Below are positions 10,910-19,167 of a stretch of DNA of 64,000 nt, piece after piece (the first letter of the stretch is position 1; each line of letters begins with the position of its first letter). Under the pieces are notes generated by a model. The model was given only the letters and a program-made list of their open reading frames with translations. It was not told the DNA's origin and searched no databases. Position numbers and translations under genes: made by a program. The stretch comes from Myxococcota bacterium. Its GTDB lineage: Bacteria; Myxococcota_A; Polyangia; Polyangiales; Sandaracinaceae. Location of the stretch: the NCBI GenBank assembly GCA_036149055.1, contig JAYZQJ010000262.1, positions 1 to 64,000 of the forward strand. The letters are read 5' to 3'.

Positions 10910-11967
10910 GCGGGCGCGCGCTCCGTCGCGCGGCGCGGGCCGAGCCCCTCGACGAAGAGGAGCGCGGCCGCCGCCAGCTCGAGGTGACCGTGGAACAGCA
11001 CCGCGCGGAGATAGCCCGTGCGGGCCGCGAAGACGTCCCACGCCGCCCACACGCCCAGCCCGAGCGCGGCCGCGAAGCAGAGCGCGAGGGCCGGCCCGCC
11101 GAAGTCGGCCCGCAGCGCGCGGAGGCTGGCCGCGAAGGTGCGCGGGGTCTCGCGCTGGCGGTCCTCCTCGGGCACGAGCCGGACCCAGACCGCGTAGTGC
11201 ACCGACTGGGCGAAGCAGAAGAGCAGCACCAGCCGCACCGCCATCATGCCGGACACCCCCGGCGCGAGGGTGCCGAGGTGATAGTAGACGTCGAGCCCGC
11301 CCGGGCGCGGCTGGAGGGCCCCGGTCCAGCCGACCAGGGGATCGAGCGCGCCGCTCAGGATGAGCGCGCCCCCGCCCACGAACGCCAGCAGCGGCAGCCA
11401 GTGCAGCCGCCCCGCGCGCTCGCGCCAGCTCCACCAGAGGGCCACGCCGATGAAGTTGTGGGCGTGGGCGAAGGCGATCGCGGTCCACAGCTCGTGCCGC
11501 CACGCCACCCACGTCAGGGCCGCGGCCGCGCCGCCGGCCAGCGCCTTCTTCCAGACGGGGCCCCGCGCGAGGAGCGCGGCGAGGCCGGCGGCGAGGAAGC
11601 CCCAGCCGGCGTGCGAGGTGAACGAGAGCACCAGCAGCGGCGCCGCCACCGCCAGCGTCAGCCCCACGCGGCGGTGCAGGCCGGGCCGCACCCAGAGATA
11701 GCGCACGTCGCCGAGCACGTGCGGCACCCCCCAGACGATCGGCGCGAGCGCGAGCACCCACATCGGGAGCAGCGCGGCGCCGAGCAGCGCGAGGCCCACC
11801 AGCGAGGTGCCGGCGACCGCGACCCGCAGCTCCCGCCGCCGGACGAGGGGCCGGGCGAGCGGCCCGAGCGCCCGGAGCCAGAGCCACCGCAGCCGATCGA
11901 GCCCCCGCACCGGACCCGCGGCGAGGCGGCGGAGGCGTGGCGTGCGTGGGATCGGCGCGGCGGTCAC
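10906..11967 (-). CDS. Polytopic membrane protein with His motifs (possible metal-dependent enzyme)
   Basis: Multiple TM helices; GVPHVLGD, HAHNF, QSVHY, FHGHLE. Confidence 0.75.
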   Translation of the reverse strand: MTAAPIPRTPRLRRLAAGPVRGLDRLRWLWLRALGPLARPLVRRRELRVAVAGTSLVGLALLGAALLPMWVLALAPIVWGVPHVLGDVRYLWVRPGLHRRVGLTLAVAAPLLVLSFTSHAGWGFLAAGLAALLARGPVWKKALAGGAAAALTWVAWRHELWTAIAFAHAHNFIGVALWWSWRERAGRLHWLPLLAFVGGGALILSGALDPLVGWTGALQPRPGGLDVYYHLGTLAPGVSGMMAVRLVLLFCFAQSVHYAVWVRLVPEEDRQRETPRTFAASLRALRADFGGPALALCFAAALGLGVWAAWDVFAARTGYLRAVLFHGHLELAAAALLFVEGLGPRRATERAPA

Positions 11968-12081
11968 GGGGCCTCAGTACAAGCGTGCGGGGCGGGGTCC
12001 GTCAATGTCCGCCGTCATCCCCCATGACACCTGCTCCCCCATGACACCTGCGGACGGGGCCTTAGATTGGGCGGCGACGCC

Positions 12082-12798
12082 ATGTTCTTCATCGATCCTC
12101 TCTACATCGTCCTCGCCCTCCCCGGCATCGCGCTCGGGCTCTGGGCGCAGTGGCGCGTCAAGAGCACCTTCCGGGAGCACGCCCAGCACACCACGCGACG
12201 GCAGCTCAGCGGGGCCGAGATCGCGGCCGAGATCCTCCGCACCGAGGGCATCCGCGACGTGCGCATCGAGCCGAGCGACGGCTTCCTCAGCGACCACTAC
12301 AGCCCGGGCGAGAAGGCCCTGCGCCTCTCGCCGGACGTCTACCACGGCCGCTCGATCAGCGCGGCGGGGGTGGCGGCGCACGAGGTCGGGCACGCGATCC
12401 AGCACGCCCGGAGCTACCCGTTCCTGGGCATGCGCTCGACCCTGGTGCCGGCGGTGCAGTTCGCCTCGCCCTTCGCGGTCCCGATCATCATCGGCGGCTT
12501 CTTCCTGAGCGGCTTCGTCGGGACCACGATCGGCCAGCTGGTGACCATCCTCGGCCTGGCCCTGTTCTCGATCGTCGTGCTCTTCCAGCTGGTCACGCTG
12601 CCGGTCGAGTTCGACGCGAGCCGGCGCGCGCTGGCCGCGATCGAAGCCGGCGGGCTGCTCACCCCGCAGGAGCACCGGGGCGCGGCGGAGGTGCTCCGGG
12701 CGGCGGCCTGGACCTACGTCGCCGCCGCGGTGAGCTCACTGCTCACCCTGCTCTACTTCCTGCTCCGCAGCGGGCTCCTCGGCGGTCGCCGCGACTGA
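12082..12798 (+). CDS. Membrane zinc metallopeptidase (YugP/Zn_peptidase_2 family)
   Basis: SDHY, AAHEVGHAIQH (HExxH), TLPVEFDASRRA, AAWTYVAAA. Confidence 0.93.
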   Translation: MFFIDPLYIVLALPGIALGLWAQWRVKSTFREHAQHTTRRQLSGAEIAAEILRTEGIRDVRIEPSDGFLSDHYSPGEKALRLSPDVYHGRSISAAGVAAHEVGHAIQHARSYPFLGMRSTLVPAVQFASPFAVPIIIGGFFLSGFVGTTIGQLVTILGLALFSIVVLFQLVTLPVEFDASRRALAAIEAGGLLTPQEHRGAAEVLRAAAWTYVAAAVSSLLTLLYFLLRSGLLGGRRD

Positions 12799-13233
12799 TC
12801 GCTCGCTCACCCGGCGCAGGCGCGTCCCGGAGATGGTGCGAGCCGTCAGGAGCTGACGGATTCGCGCCACGAGGGCGCGCCGCCCGCCCGTCCGCGCCAG
12901 CGAGCCCCGCACGAGCTCGTCGAAGGCGTCCTCGTGGGGCACGAAGGCGTTCTCCCCGACGAGCAGCACGAGGCGGGAGCCCCGGCCGTCGCTCATCATC
13001 CGGAAGACCGAGGCGAAGCGCCCCGCCGCCTCGACCTCGCCCGGCCCGGCGGCGATGACGACGAGCTGGGGCGCGCGGCGGAGCAGGCTGTCGAGCGCCG
13101 CGTTGGGATCCGCGAAGCCCTGCGCCGAGAAGCCGAGGTCCTCCAGCAGGTCGAGCAGGAGGTGCACCCACTCCGACTTCCGCGCGACCACGATCGCGCG
13201 GAGCACCTCGGGGCTGGGGGCCACGTCGTCCAT
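12736..13233 (-). CDS. Atypical receiver-like domain protein
   Basis: Receiver-like pattern (IVVA..LLLDLLEDLGF..ALDSL..PQLVVI) without the acidic pocket or phospho-Asp; overlaps the convergent peptidase gene by 63 nt. Confidence 0.55.
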   Translation of the reverse strand: MDDVAPSPEVLRAIVVARKSEWVHLLLDLLEDLGFSAQGFADPNAALDSLLRRAPQLVVIAAGPGEVEAAGRFASVFRMMSDGRGSRLVLLVGENAFVPHEDAFDELVRGSLARTGGRRALVARIRQLLTARTISGTRLRRVSERSVAATAEEPAAEQEVEQGEQ

Positions 13234-13301
13234 CCAGCACCGCACCTTGCGCGAAATCTCACCAAAACGGAAGTCCGCGAAGAGGGGACGAGGCCCGGAT
13301 C

Positions 13302-13335
13302 TCTCAAAATGAGATCGGGGGGCTCAAAATGAGAC
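13302..13335. promoter_or_regulatory. Tandem palindromic operator (CTCAAAATGAG x2)
   Basis: CTCAAAATGAGA at 13303-13314 and 13323-13334, 20-bp period; AT-rich in a very GC-rich background; lies between divergent genes. Confidence 0.7.
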
Positions 13336-13361
13336 GGGCTCGCCGTTAGGGCGCGTCGACG

Positions 13362-15413
13362 ATGCAGCACCTCCCCGATCACGTACGCAAGCGCCCTTCC
13401 CATCATCCTTCGACGCCGCCCTCCCCTACGGTCCCCACCGCGCTCCCCTCGCGCGAGATCCGGGTGAGCCTGGAGACGCGCGCCGGCCGCTGCGAAGGGC
13501 CCCTGCGGAGCTGGAGCCTCCAGGGGCTCTCGTTCACCCCCGACGCGCCGCTGCCCCTGCCGGTCGGCGCGAGGGCCGAGGTCGTGGTGACCAGCCGCCA
13601 CGGGGAGACGCCCCGGCTCGCGGCGATCGTGGGCGGGAGCGACGCGGGCGCGCTCGCCGTCGTGCTCCCGTCGCTCGACGAGGCGCAGGCCCGGTCGCTG
13701 CTCCGGATCGCGCGGGTGGACTCGGAGCCGCACCGCGACACCCGCCCGGCGCCGTCCGAGGTCCGGGAGCCGATCACCGAGCCGACGCGGATCCGCGCGC
13801 TCCTCCACAACCTCGTCACCGAGCGTCGCGTCGGCCGGATCCACCCGCTCGACGGGACGCCGATCGAGGTGACCGCCGAGGCGCTCGAGACGGAAGGCGG
13901 CGAGCACGTCCGCTTCCGCATGTCGCGCTCGGTGTTGCCCCGCCCGCCCTACTTCATCGAGCTCGCCGGCTACGCGTCCGTCTACTGGATCCCGGTGCTC
14001 GAGGCGGTCTGCGATCCCGACGCGCGGACCCTGAAGGTCTGGACGCCCGCCGCGGTGGTGCGGGTGCGGCATCGCAAGAACCCGCGCGCGGCCGCGCCGA
14101 ACACCGCGCGGGTGCGCTTCCGCCACCCCGTCTTCGGCCGCTTCCTCGAGCGCCCGGTGCGCGACGTCGGGCGCCAGGGGCTGAGCTTCGTGACGGTGCT
14201 CGAGGAGGACCTGTTGCACGAGGGGCTGCCCCTCGAGGTGGAGCTGCTCGGGCACGGCGCGCCGCTCCCGCTGCGAGCCGAGATCCGCGCGGTCACCGCC
14301 CTCCGCCCCGGCCAGCACGCGTGCGGGCTGAGCGTCGAGCCGGTCGGCCCGGAGGCCGCCCAGCGCTGGACCACGCTCGTCGGCACCATCCTCCACCCGC
14401 ACACCGAGCTGGCCGCCGACTTCGGCGAGGCGCTCTGGTCGCTCTACGTGGACTCGGGCTACCTGAACCTCTCGGACGGGCGCCCGGAGGCGTTCGAGCC
14501 GCTGCGCGCGCCCTTCGTCGAGGGGGTGCGCAAGCTGGCCGACGCGCCGGAGCTCGGCGGGCACGTGGTGTGGAAGTCGGGCGACCGCATCTGCGCCTCG
14601 GCGGCGGTGCTCCGGCCCTACACCGGCAGCTGGCTGGGCTTCCAGATGGCGAAGGTCCCGGGCGAGGAGATCGACGGCGTGCCGCGGCGGCGCATCCTGC
14701 GGGATCTCCTCCTGCACGCCTTCGAGCACATCGGACAGAGCCGCTCGCCGGCGTGGTTCGCGGCCCACTACCAGGTCGACGCCACCATCGGGCGCCTCAC
14801 CCAGCACCGCTTCGCCGAGCGCCACCAGGGCTCGGGCGAGTCGTGCATCCTCCGCTTCCGCGCGGTCGAGATCGACAGCGACACCGAGCTCCCGGCCGAG
14901 GGCTTCGAGGTCGGTCTCGCGACCGAGGGGGAGCGCCGCGCGCTCGTCGAGGGCGTCGCGGAGCAGCGCCCGGCCGCCTACGTCGACGCGCTCGATCTCG
15001 ACGAGGCGCGCCTCGACCTGCGCGAGGTGACCGAGGCGTGGGGGCGCGTGGGCCTGCGGCGCGAGCGCGTCGTCCTCGCGGCCCGGCGCCACGGAGTGCT
15101 CCGCGCGGCCGCCGTCGTCGAGGCCGCCGAGCCGGGGCTGCACCTGTTCGGACTGCTCGACGTCGTGCGGATCTTTCCGCTCGGGCCGGGCGGCGACAGC
15201 GCCATCGCGCCGCTCCTCTCGGCGGCCGCGCGGTGGTTCCGCGAGCGCGGTCACGCGAAGCTCATCTGGCTCGCGGAGGGCGACCAGTCCGCGCTACCGG
15301 TGCCGCCGCCGCTCCGCGACCTGGGCCTCGCCGACATGACGCTCGTCAGCGGCCGTCTCCTGCCCGATCTGCTCGAGCACATCGACGAGGTCACCGCCCC
15401 GAGGAGCGTCTGA
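13362..15413 (+). CDS. PilZ-domain protein with C-terminal GNAT/N-acyltransferase-like region
   Basis: RHRKNPR...DVGRQGLSF (PilZ RxxxR / DxSxxG-like); N-terminal degenerate PilZ (SWSLQGLSF); C-terminal LWSLYVDSGY and alternating beta/alpha pattern. Confidence 0.72.
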   Translation: MQHLPDHVRKRPSHHPSTPPSPTVPTALPSREIRVSLETRAGRCEGPLRSWSLQGLSFTPDAPLPLPVGARAEVVVTSRHGETPRLAAIVGGSDAGALAVVLPSLDEAQARSLLRIARVDSEPHRDTRPAPSEVREPITEPTRIRALLHNLVTERRVGRIHPLDGTPIEVTAEALETEGGEHVRFRMSRSVLPRPPYFIELAGYASVYWIPVLEAVCDPDARTLKVWTPAAVVRVRHRKNPRAAAPNTARVRFRHPVFGRFLERPVRDVGRQGLSFVTVLEEDLLHEGLPLEVELLGHGAPLPLRAEIRAVTALRPGQHACGLSVEPVGPEAAQRWTTLVGTILHPHTELAADFGEALWSLYVDSGYLNLSDGRPEAFEPLRAPFVEGVRKLADAPELGGHVVWKSGDRICASAAVLRPYTGSWLGFQMAKVPGEEIDGVPRRRILRDLLLHAFEHIGQSRSPAWFAAHYQVDATIGRLTQHRFAERHQGSGESCILRFRAVEIDSDTELPAEGFEVGLATEGERRALVEGVAEQRPAAYVDALDLDEARLDLREVTEAWGRVGLRRERVVLAARRHGVLRAAAVVEAAEPGLHLFGLLDVVRIFPLGPGGDSAIAPLLSAAARWFRERGHAKLIWLAEGDQSALPVPPPLRDLGLADMTLVSGRLLPDLLEHIDEVTAPRSV

Positions 15414-17551
15414 TGGAGCGCCCCCTGATCTTCGACCTGTCGCGGCCCGAGGACCGCGATCGGCTCGCGCAGATCGAGGAGGCGGGCCGCGTGCACCGCC
15501 GCCACGACGCGATCCGCCTGCAGCTCGACGAGCTCGTCCGCACCCGGGCCCGCGGGCGGGCGCTCGAGCCGGCCGCGCTCGAGGCGCGGGCCCTCGCGAT
15601 CCTCGAGGGGCGGCCGCTCGACGCGTACGGCCGCTGGGTGCTCTACCCGTGGAGCGGCGCGCTCGTGCACGTGCTCCCGGAGGACGCCTTCCGCGAGCTC
15701 CGCAGCGACCGCAACCGCCACAAGATCACCGACGCCGAGCAGGCGCGCCTGTCGGCGGCCCGGATCGGGGTGGTCGGCCTCTCGGTCGGGAGCACCAGCG
15801 CGGTGACCCTGGTCCTCGAGAGCATCGGGACGCGCTTCCGGCTCGCCGACTTCGACGCGCTCGAGCTGTCGAACATGAACCGCCTGCGCGCGAGCGTGGC
15901 CGACCTGGGGGTGCCGAAGGTCGAGCTGGCGGCGCGCGCGATGTACGAGATCGATCCCTACCTCGACATCGAGCTCTTCGACCGCGGCATCACCGAGGAG
16001 AACGCCGAGCGCTTCGTGGTCGGCGACGGCGACGCGCCGCTCTCGCTCCTGGTGGAGGAGTGCGACGACCTCGCGGTGAAGGTGCTGCTCCGCGAGCGGG
16101 CGCGGGCCCACGGGGTGCCCGTGCTCATGGAGACCAGCGACGGCGGCCTGCTCGACGTCGAGCGCTTCGACCTCGAGCCCGATCGGCCGGTGCTGCACGG
16201 GCTGCTCCACGGTCACGACGCCGCGGGGCTCCGCGACCTCTCGAAGGAGGCGAAGATCCCGCTCGTCATGCGCGTGCTCGACCCGGCGCACGTGTCGCCG
16301 CGCGCGGCCGCGTCGATGGTCGAGATCCAGGAGAGCGTGTCGACGTGGCCGCAGCTCGCCTCCGACATCGCGCTCGGCGGCGCGCTCGTCGGCAGCACCG
16401 CCCGCCGCGTGCTCCTCGGCGAGCTCGAGGTCAGCGGCCGCTTCCGGGTGGACCTGCACGAGACCATCCGGCCCGAGACCGCGACCCTGCGCGCCCCGGC
16501 CCCGCCGCCCGAGCCGCCGCTGTCGGCGCCGCGCGCGCCCGAGGCGTCCGCCGCGATGGAGGAGATCGCGCGGCTCGCCTGCCTCGCGCCGTCCGCGGGC
16601 AACGTCCAGCCCTGGCGGCTCGAGGTGGCCGGCGATCGGATCACCTGCGCGCTCGCCACCGAGCGCCGCTCGACCTACCTGGGCGACGACGACGGGGACC
16701 GGCTGGCCCTCGGCGCCGCCCTCGAGAACGCGGCGCTCGCGAGCGGCGCCCTCGGGCTCGAGGTGGACGTCTCGTCCTCCGCCGACGGCTGGACCCTGGT
16801 CACGCGCCCGGCCCGGGCCACCGCGCACCCGTGGGCCGCGCACATCGAGGCCCGGCACACCAACCGCGCCCGCGGCGACGGCCGCCCGCTGAGCGTCGCC
16901 CACGGCTACGCCCTGACGCAGGCGGCGGGCGAGGCGGCCGCGCTCTCGATCCTGACCGATCGCGAGGCGCTGCTCGCGCTGGGTGGGGCCATCGGCGCGC
17001 TCGAGCGAGCGCAGATCACCAGCCCGACGCTGAGCCCGCGGCTCCTGAAGGAGATGCGCTGGACGCCGGCGGAGGCGCTCGAGACCCGCACCGGGCTCGA
17101 CGTGGACACCCTGCAGCTCGCGCCGCTCGAGCGCGCGGGGCTCACGCTGCTGCGCGACGCCGACGCCCGGGAGGCGCTGCGCCGGGTGGACGGCGGCGCC
17201 AAGCTCGAGCGAGGCAACGCGGAGACGATCGCGGCGGCCGCCGGGGTCGCGCTCCTGTCGAGCCGCGGCGACGCGCTCCAGGCCGGCCGCGCCCTCCAGC
17301 GGGTGTGGCTGTGCGCGACCGCGCTCGGGATCGGCGTGCACCCCTACGGCACCCCCGCCGATCTCTGGGCCCGCGCCCGCGCCGGTCGCCTCGACGGCCT
17401 CGACGGCGTCGCCCGAGAGCGAGTGGACGAGGCGCTCGAGACGCTCGCCGCGCTCTGGCCGATGGACGACGGCGCGCGCCCGCTGCTCGTGCTGCGCTTC
17501 GCCTACGCGCCCCCCGCGCCCCTGCGCTCGCTCCGCCTGAAGGCCTGGTAG
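15413..17551 (+). CDS. Rv1355c/MoeY-like ThiF adenylyltransferase-nitroreductase fusion
   Basis: ATG overlaps upstream TGA; WVLYPWSG, RNRHKIT, VVGLSVG, DFDALELSNMNR (ThiF); APSAGNVQPW and GRALQRVWL (nitroreductase). Confidence 0.9.
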   Translation: MERPLIFDLSRPEDRDRLAQIEEAGRVHRRHDAIRLQLDELVRTRARGRALEPAALEARALAILEGRPLDAYGRWVLYPWSGALVHVLPEDAFRELRSDRNRHKITDAEQARLSAARIGVVGLSVGSTSAVTLVLESIGTRFRLADFDALELSNMNRLRASVADLGVPKVELAARAMYEIDPYLDIELFDRGITEENAERFVVGDGDAPLSLLVEECDDLAVKVLLRERARAHGVPVLMETSDGGLLDVERFDLEPDRPVLHGLLHGHDAAGLRDLSKEAKIPLVMRVLDPAHVSPRAAASMVEIQESVSTWPQLASDIALGGALVGSTARRVLLGELEVSGRFRVDLHETIRPETATLRAPAPPPEPPLSAPRAPEASAAMEEIARLACLAPSAGNVQPWRLEVAGDRITCALATERRSTYLGDDDGDRLALGAALENAALASGALGLEVDVSSSADGWTLVTRPARATAHPWAAHIEARHTNRARGDGRPLSVAHGYALTQAAGEAAALSILTDREALLALGGAIGALERAQITSPTLSPRLLKEMRWTPAEALETRTGLDVDTLQLAPLERAGLTLLRDADAREALRRVDGGAKLERGNAETIAAAAGVALLSSRGDALQAGRALQRVWLCATALGIGVHPYGTPADLWARARAGRLDGLDGVARERVDEALETLAALWPMDDGARPLLVLRFAYAPPAPLRSLRLKAW

Positions 17552-17552
17552 G

Positions 17553-18068
17553 TCAGGTCCCGAAGCTCAGGCCGCTCGGCGGCTCCCGGTAGCGGAGCAT
17601 GTCGAGCGCGTCGAGCGCGCCCGCGATCGGGAAGTCCAGGCGGGGGTCGAGCTGGCCGGCGTCCCGCAGGAACATGAGCCCGGACTCCGCCCGGTCGAAC
17701 ACCCGATGAGGGTAAGGCATCTTGCGAACGAGCGAGATGCCCGAGACGACGCTCCGGACCGCGGCGGCGCGGAACCCCGTGCCCTCGAACACCAGCGCCG
17801 ACGAGACGACGTCGCCCTCGAACGAGGCCATCGCGCGCGCCAGCTGGTCCCGCACCTCGCCGGGCGGCATCGGGGCCTGATCGGTCACGACCGTCATCGC
17901 GAGCAGCCCGCCGTCCGCGCGCGCGCCGCGCACCGCCTCCTGCATGCCGCGGATGCCGCGGGTGGTGGTCTCGCGGCGCCAGATGGTGAACACGATGCGG
18001 CGCCAGGTGCCGATCACGTGGTGATCGGACTCGTCGATGACGCGGGGCGGGACGTCCAACACGAGCAT
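17553..18068 (-). CDS. STAS/SEC14-like (SpoIIAA-like) hypothetical protein
   Basis: ALVFEGTGFRAAAVRSVV...RVF pattern typical of myxobacterial STAS/SEC14-like proteins. Confidence 0.6.
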   Translation of the reverse strand: MLVLDVPPRVIDESDHHVIGTWRRIVFTIWRRETTTRGIRGMQEAVRGARADGGLLAMTVVTDQAPMPPGEVRDQLARAMASFEGDVVSSALVFEGTGFRAAAVRSVVSGISLVRKMPYPHRVFDRAESGLMFLRDAGQLDPRLDFPIAGALDALDMLRYREPPSGLSFGT

Positions 18069-18194
18069 GAGGGCTAACACGCGGCGGAGCGCGCGCTACG
18101 TGAGTACGGCGGACCCGCGCCCCCCTTGAGACGCGCTCGAGAGGTGGCACACGATGGCGCCGAGGCACCCCCCGCCCGCTTCCACCACACTGAC

Positions 18195-18312
18195 CCGAGA
18201 CGACGGCAGGCGACGAGCGCAGCGAGGCGGAGCAGCCGGAGTGGTGACCGTTGTGCCGGCGCAGCGGGGGGGCGGGGGCGGACCCGGGCGGACCCGCCCC
18301 TGCCCAGCAAAC
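18195..18312. repeat. REP-like composite palindromic element, copy B
   Basis: cgacgagcgcagcga motif and terminal ggcgcag-G-run...ggacccg.ccc.gcccagcaa block shared with 32960-33006; abuts stop codon at 18313. Confidence 0.6.
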
Positions 18313-19167
18313 TCAGCCCTTCACGCCGCCCGACGTGAGCCCACCCACGAGGTGCCGCTGGAGCGCATAGAAGAGCAGCATCACCGGCACGCTGACGAGG
18401 ATCGCGCCGGCCGCGAACGCCGGCCACTGCGCGTCGTACTCGCCGATGTAACGCTGGAGCACCACCGGCAGCGTGTACATCTCCTCGCTGGTGAGGAAGG
18501 TCGCGGCGAGGATGAACTCGTTCCACGCGGTCATGAACGCGAAGAGCGCGGTGATCGCCAGCGCCGGCCGCGCGGCGGGGAGGACCACCCGGACGAAGGC
18601 GCCGAAGCGGGTCGCGCCGTCGACCATCGCCGCCTCCTCGAGGTCCTTCGGGATGCCCTCGAAGGCGCCGCGGAGCTGGAAGATGGCGAAGGGCACCGCG
18701 GTCGTGGCGTAGACGAGCACCAGCCCGCTCCGGGTGTCGAGCAGGTGCACGAAGTTGAGCAACAGGTAGAGCGGGATCGCGGCGGCGACCCCCGGAAACA
18801 TCTGGGTGGCGAGGAGCGCGCGCGTGCTGCCCCGCTTCCCCACGAAGTCGAAGCGGGCCATCGCGTAGGCGGCCGGGGTGGCGATCGCGATGGCGGTCAG
18901 CGCGGTCGCGGCGGCGATGACCACCGAGTTGAAGAGCTGCCAGCCGAACAGCCAGCGCCCCTCGGCGTCGCTCGTGCCGACCACGGCGGCGAAGTGCCGC
19001 AGCGACGGGTCGCGGGGGAACGGGAAGGCCGACACCTCGGGCGCGTCGGTCGGCGACAGCGCGGCCGAGACGACCCAGAGCACCGGGTAGAGCGCGAAGG
19101 CCACCGCCAGGAGCAGCGCCACGTGCACCAGCACCTCGATCCACATCGGGTCGCGCCGCTCGGTCAC
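18313..19167 (-). CDS. Carbohydrate ABC transporter permease (MalG-like)
   Basis: EEAAMVDGA EAA loop; AWNEFI; GLTSGGVKG C-terminus; GTG overlaps upstream stop. Confidence 0.93.
   Translation of the reverse strand: MTERRDPMWIEVLVHVALLLAVAFALYPVLWVVSAALSPTDAPEVSAFPFPRDPSLRHFAAVVGTSDAEGRWLFGWQLFNSVVIAAATALTAIAIATPAAYAMARFDFVGKRGSTRALLATQMFPGVAAAIPLYLLLNFVHLLDTRSGLVLVYATTAVPFAIFQLRGAFEGIPKDLEEAAMVDGATRFGAFVRVVLPAARPALAITALFAFMTAWNEFILAATFLTSEEMYTLPVVLQRYIGEYDAQWPAFAAGAILVSVPVMLLFYALQRHLVGGLTSGGVKG

Noticed and set aside
14321..15412. N-terminal 364 aa of track ORF 14321..17551
   Set aside because: Arg-rich off-frame read of the PilZ gene; the real start is ATG 15413
18145..18160. TGGCACACGATGGCGC sigma54-like motif
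   Set aside because: Spacing is not GG-N10-GC
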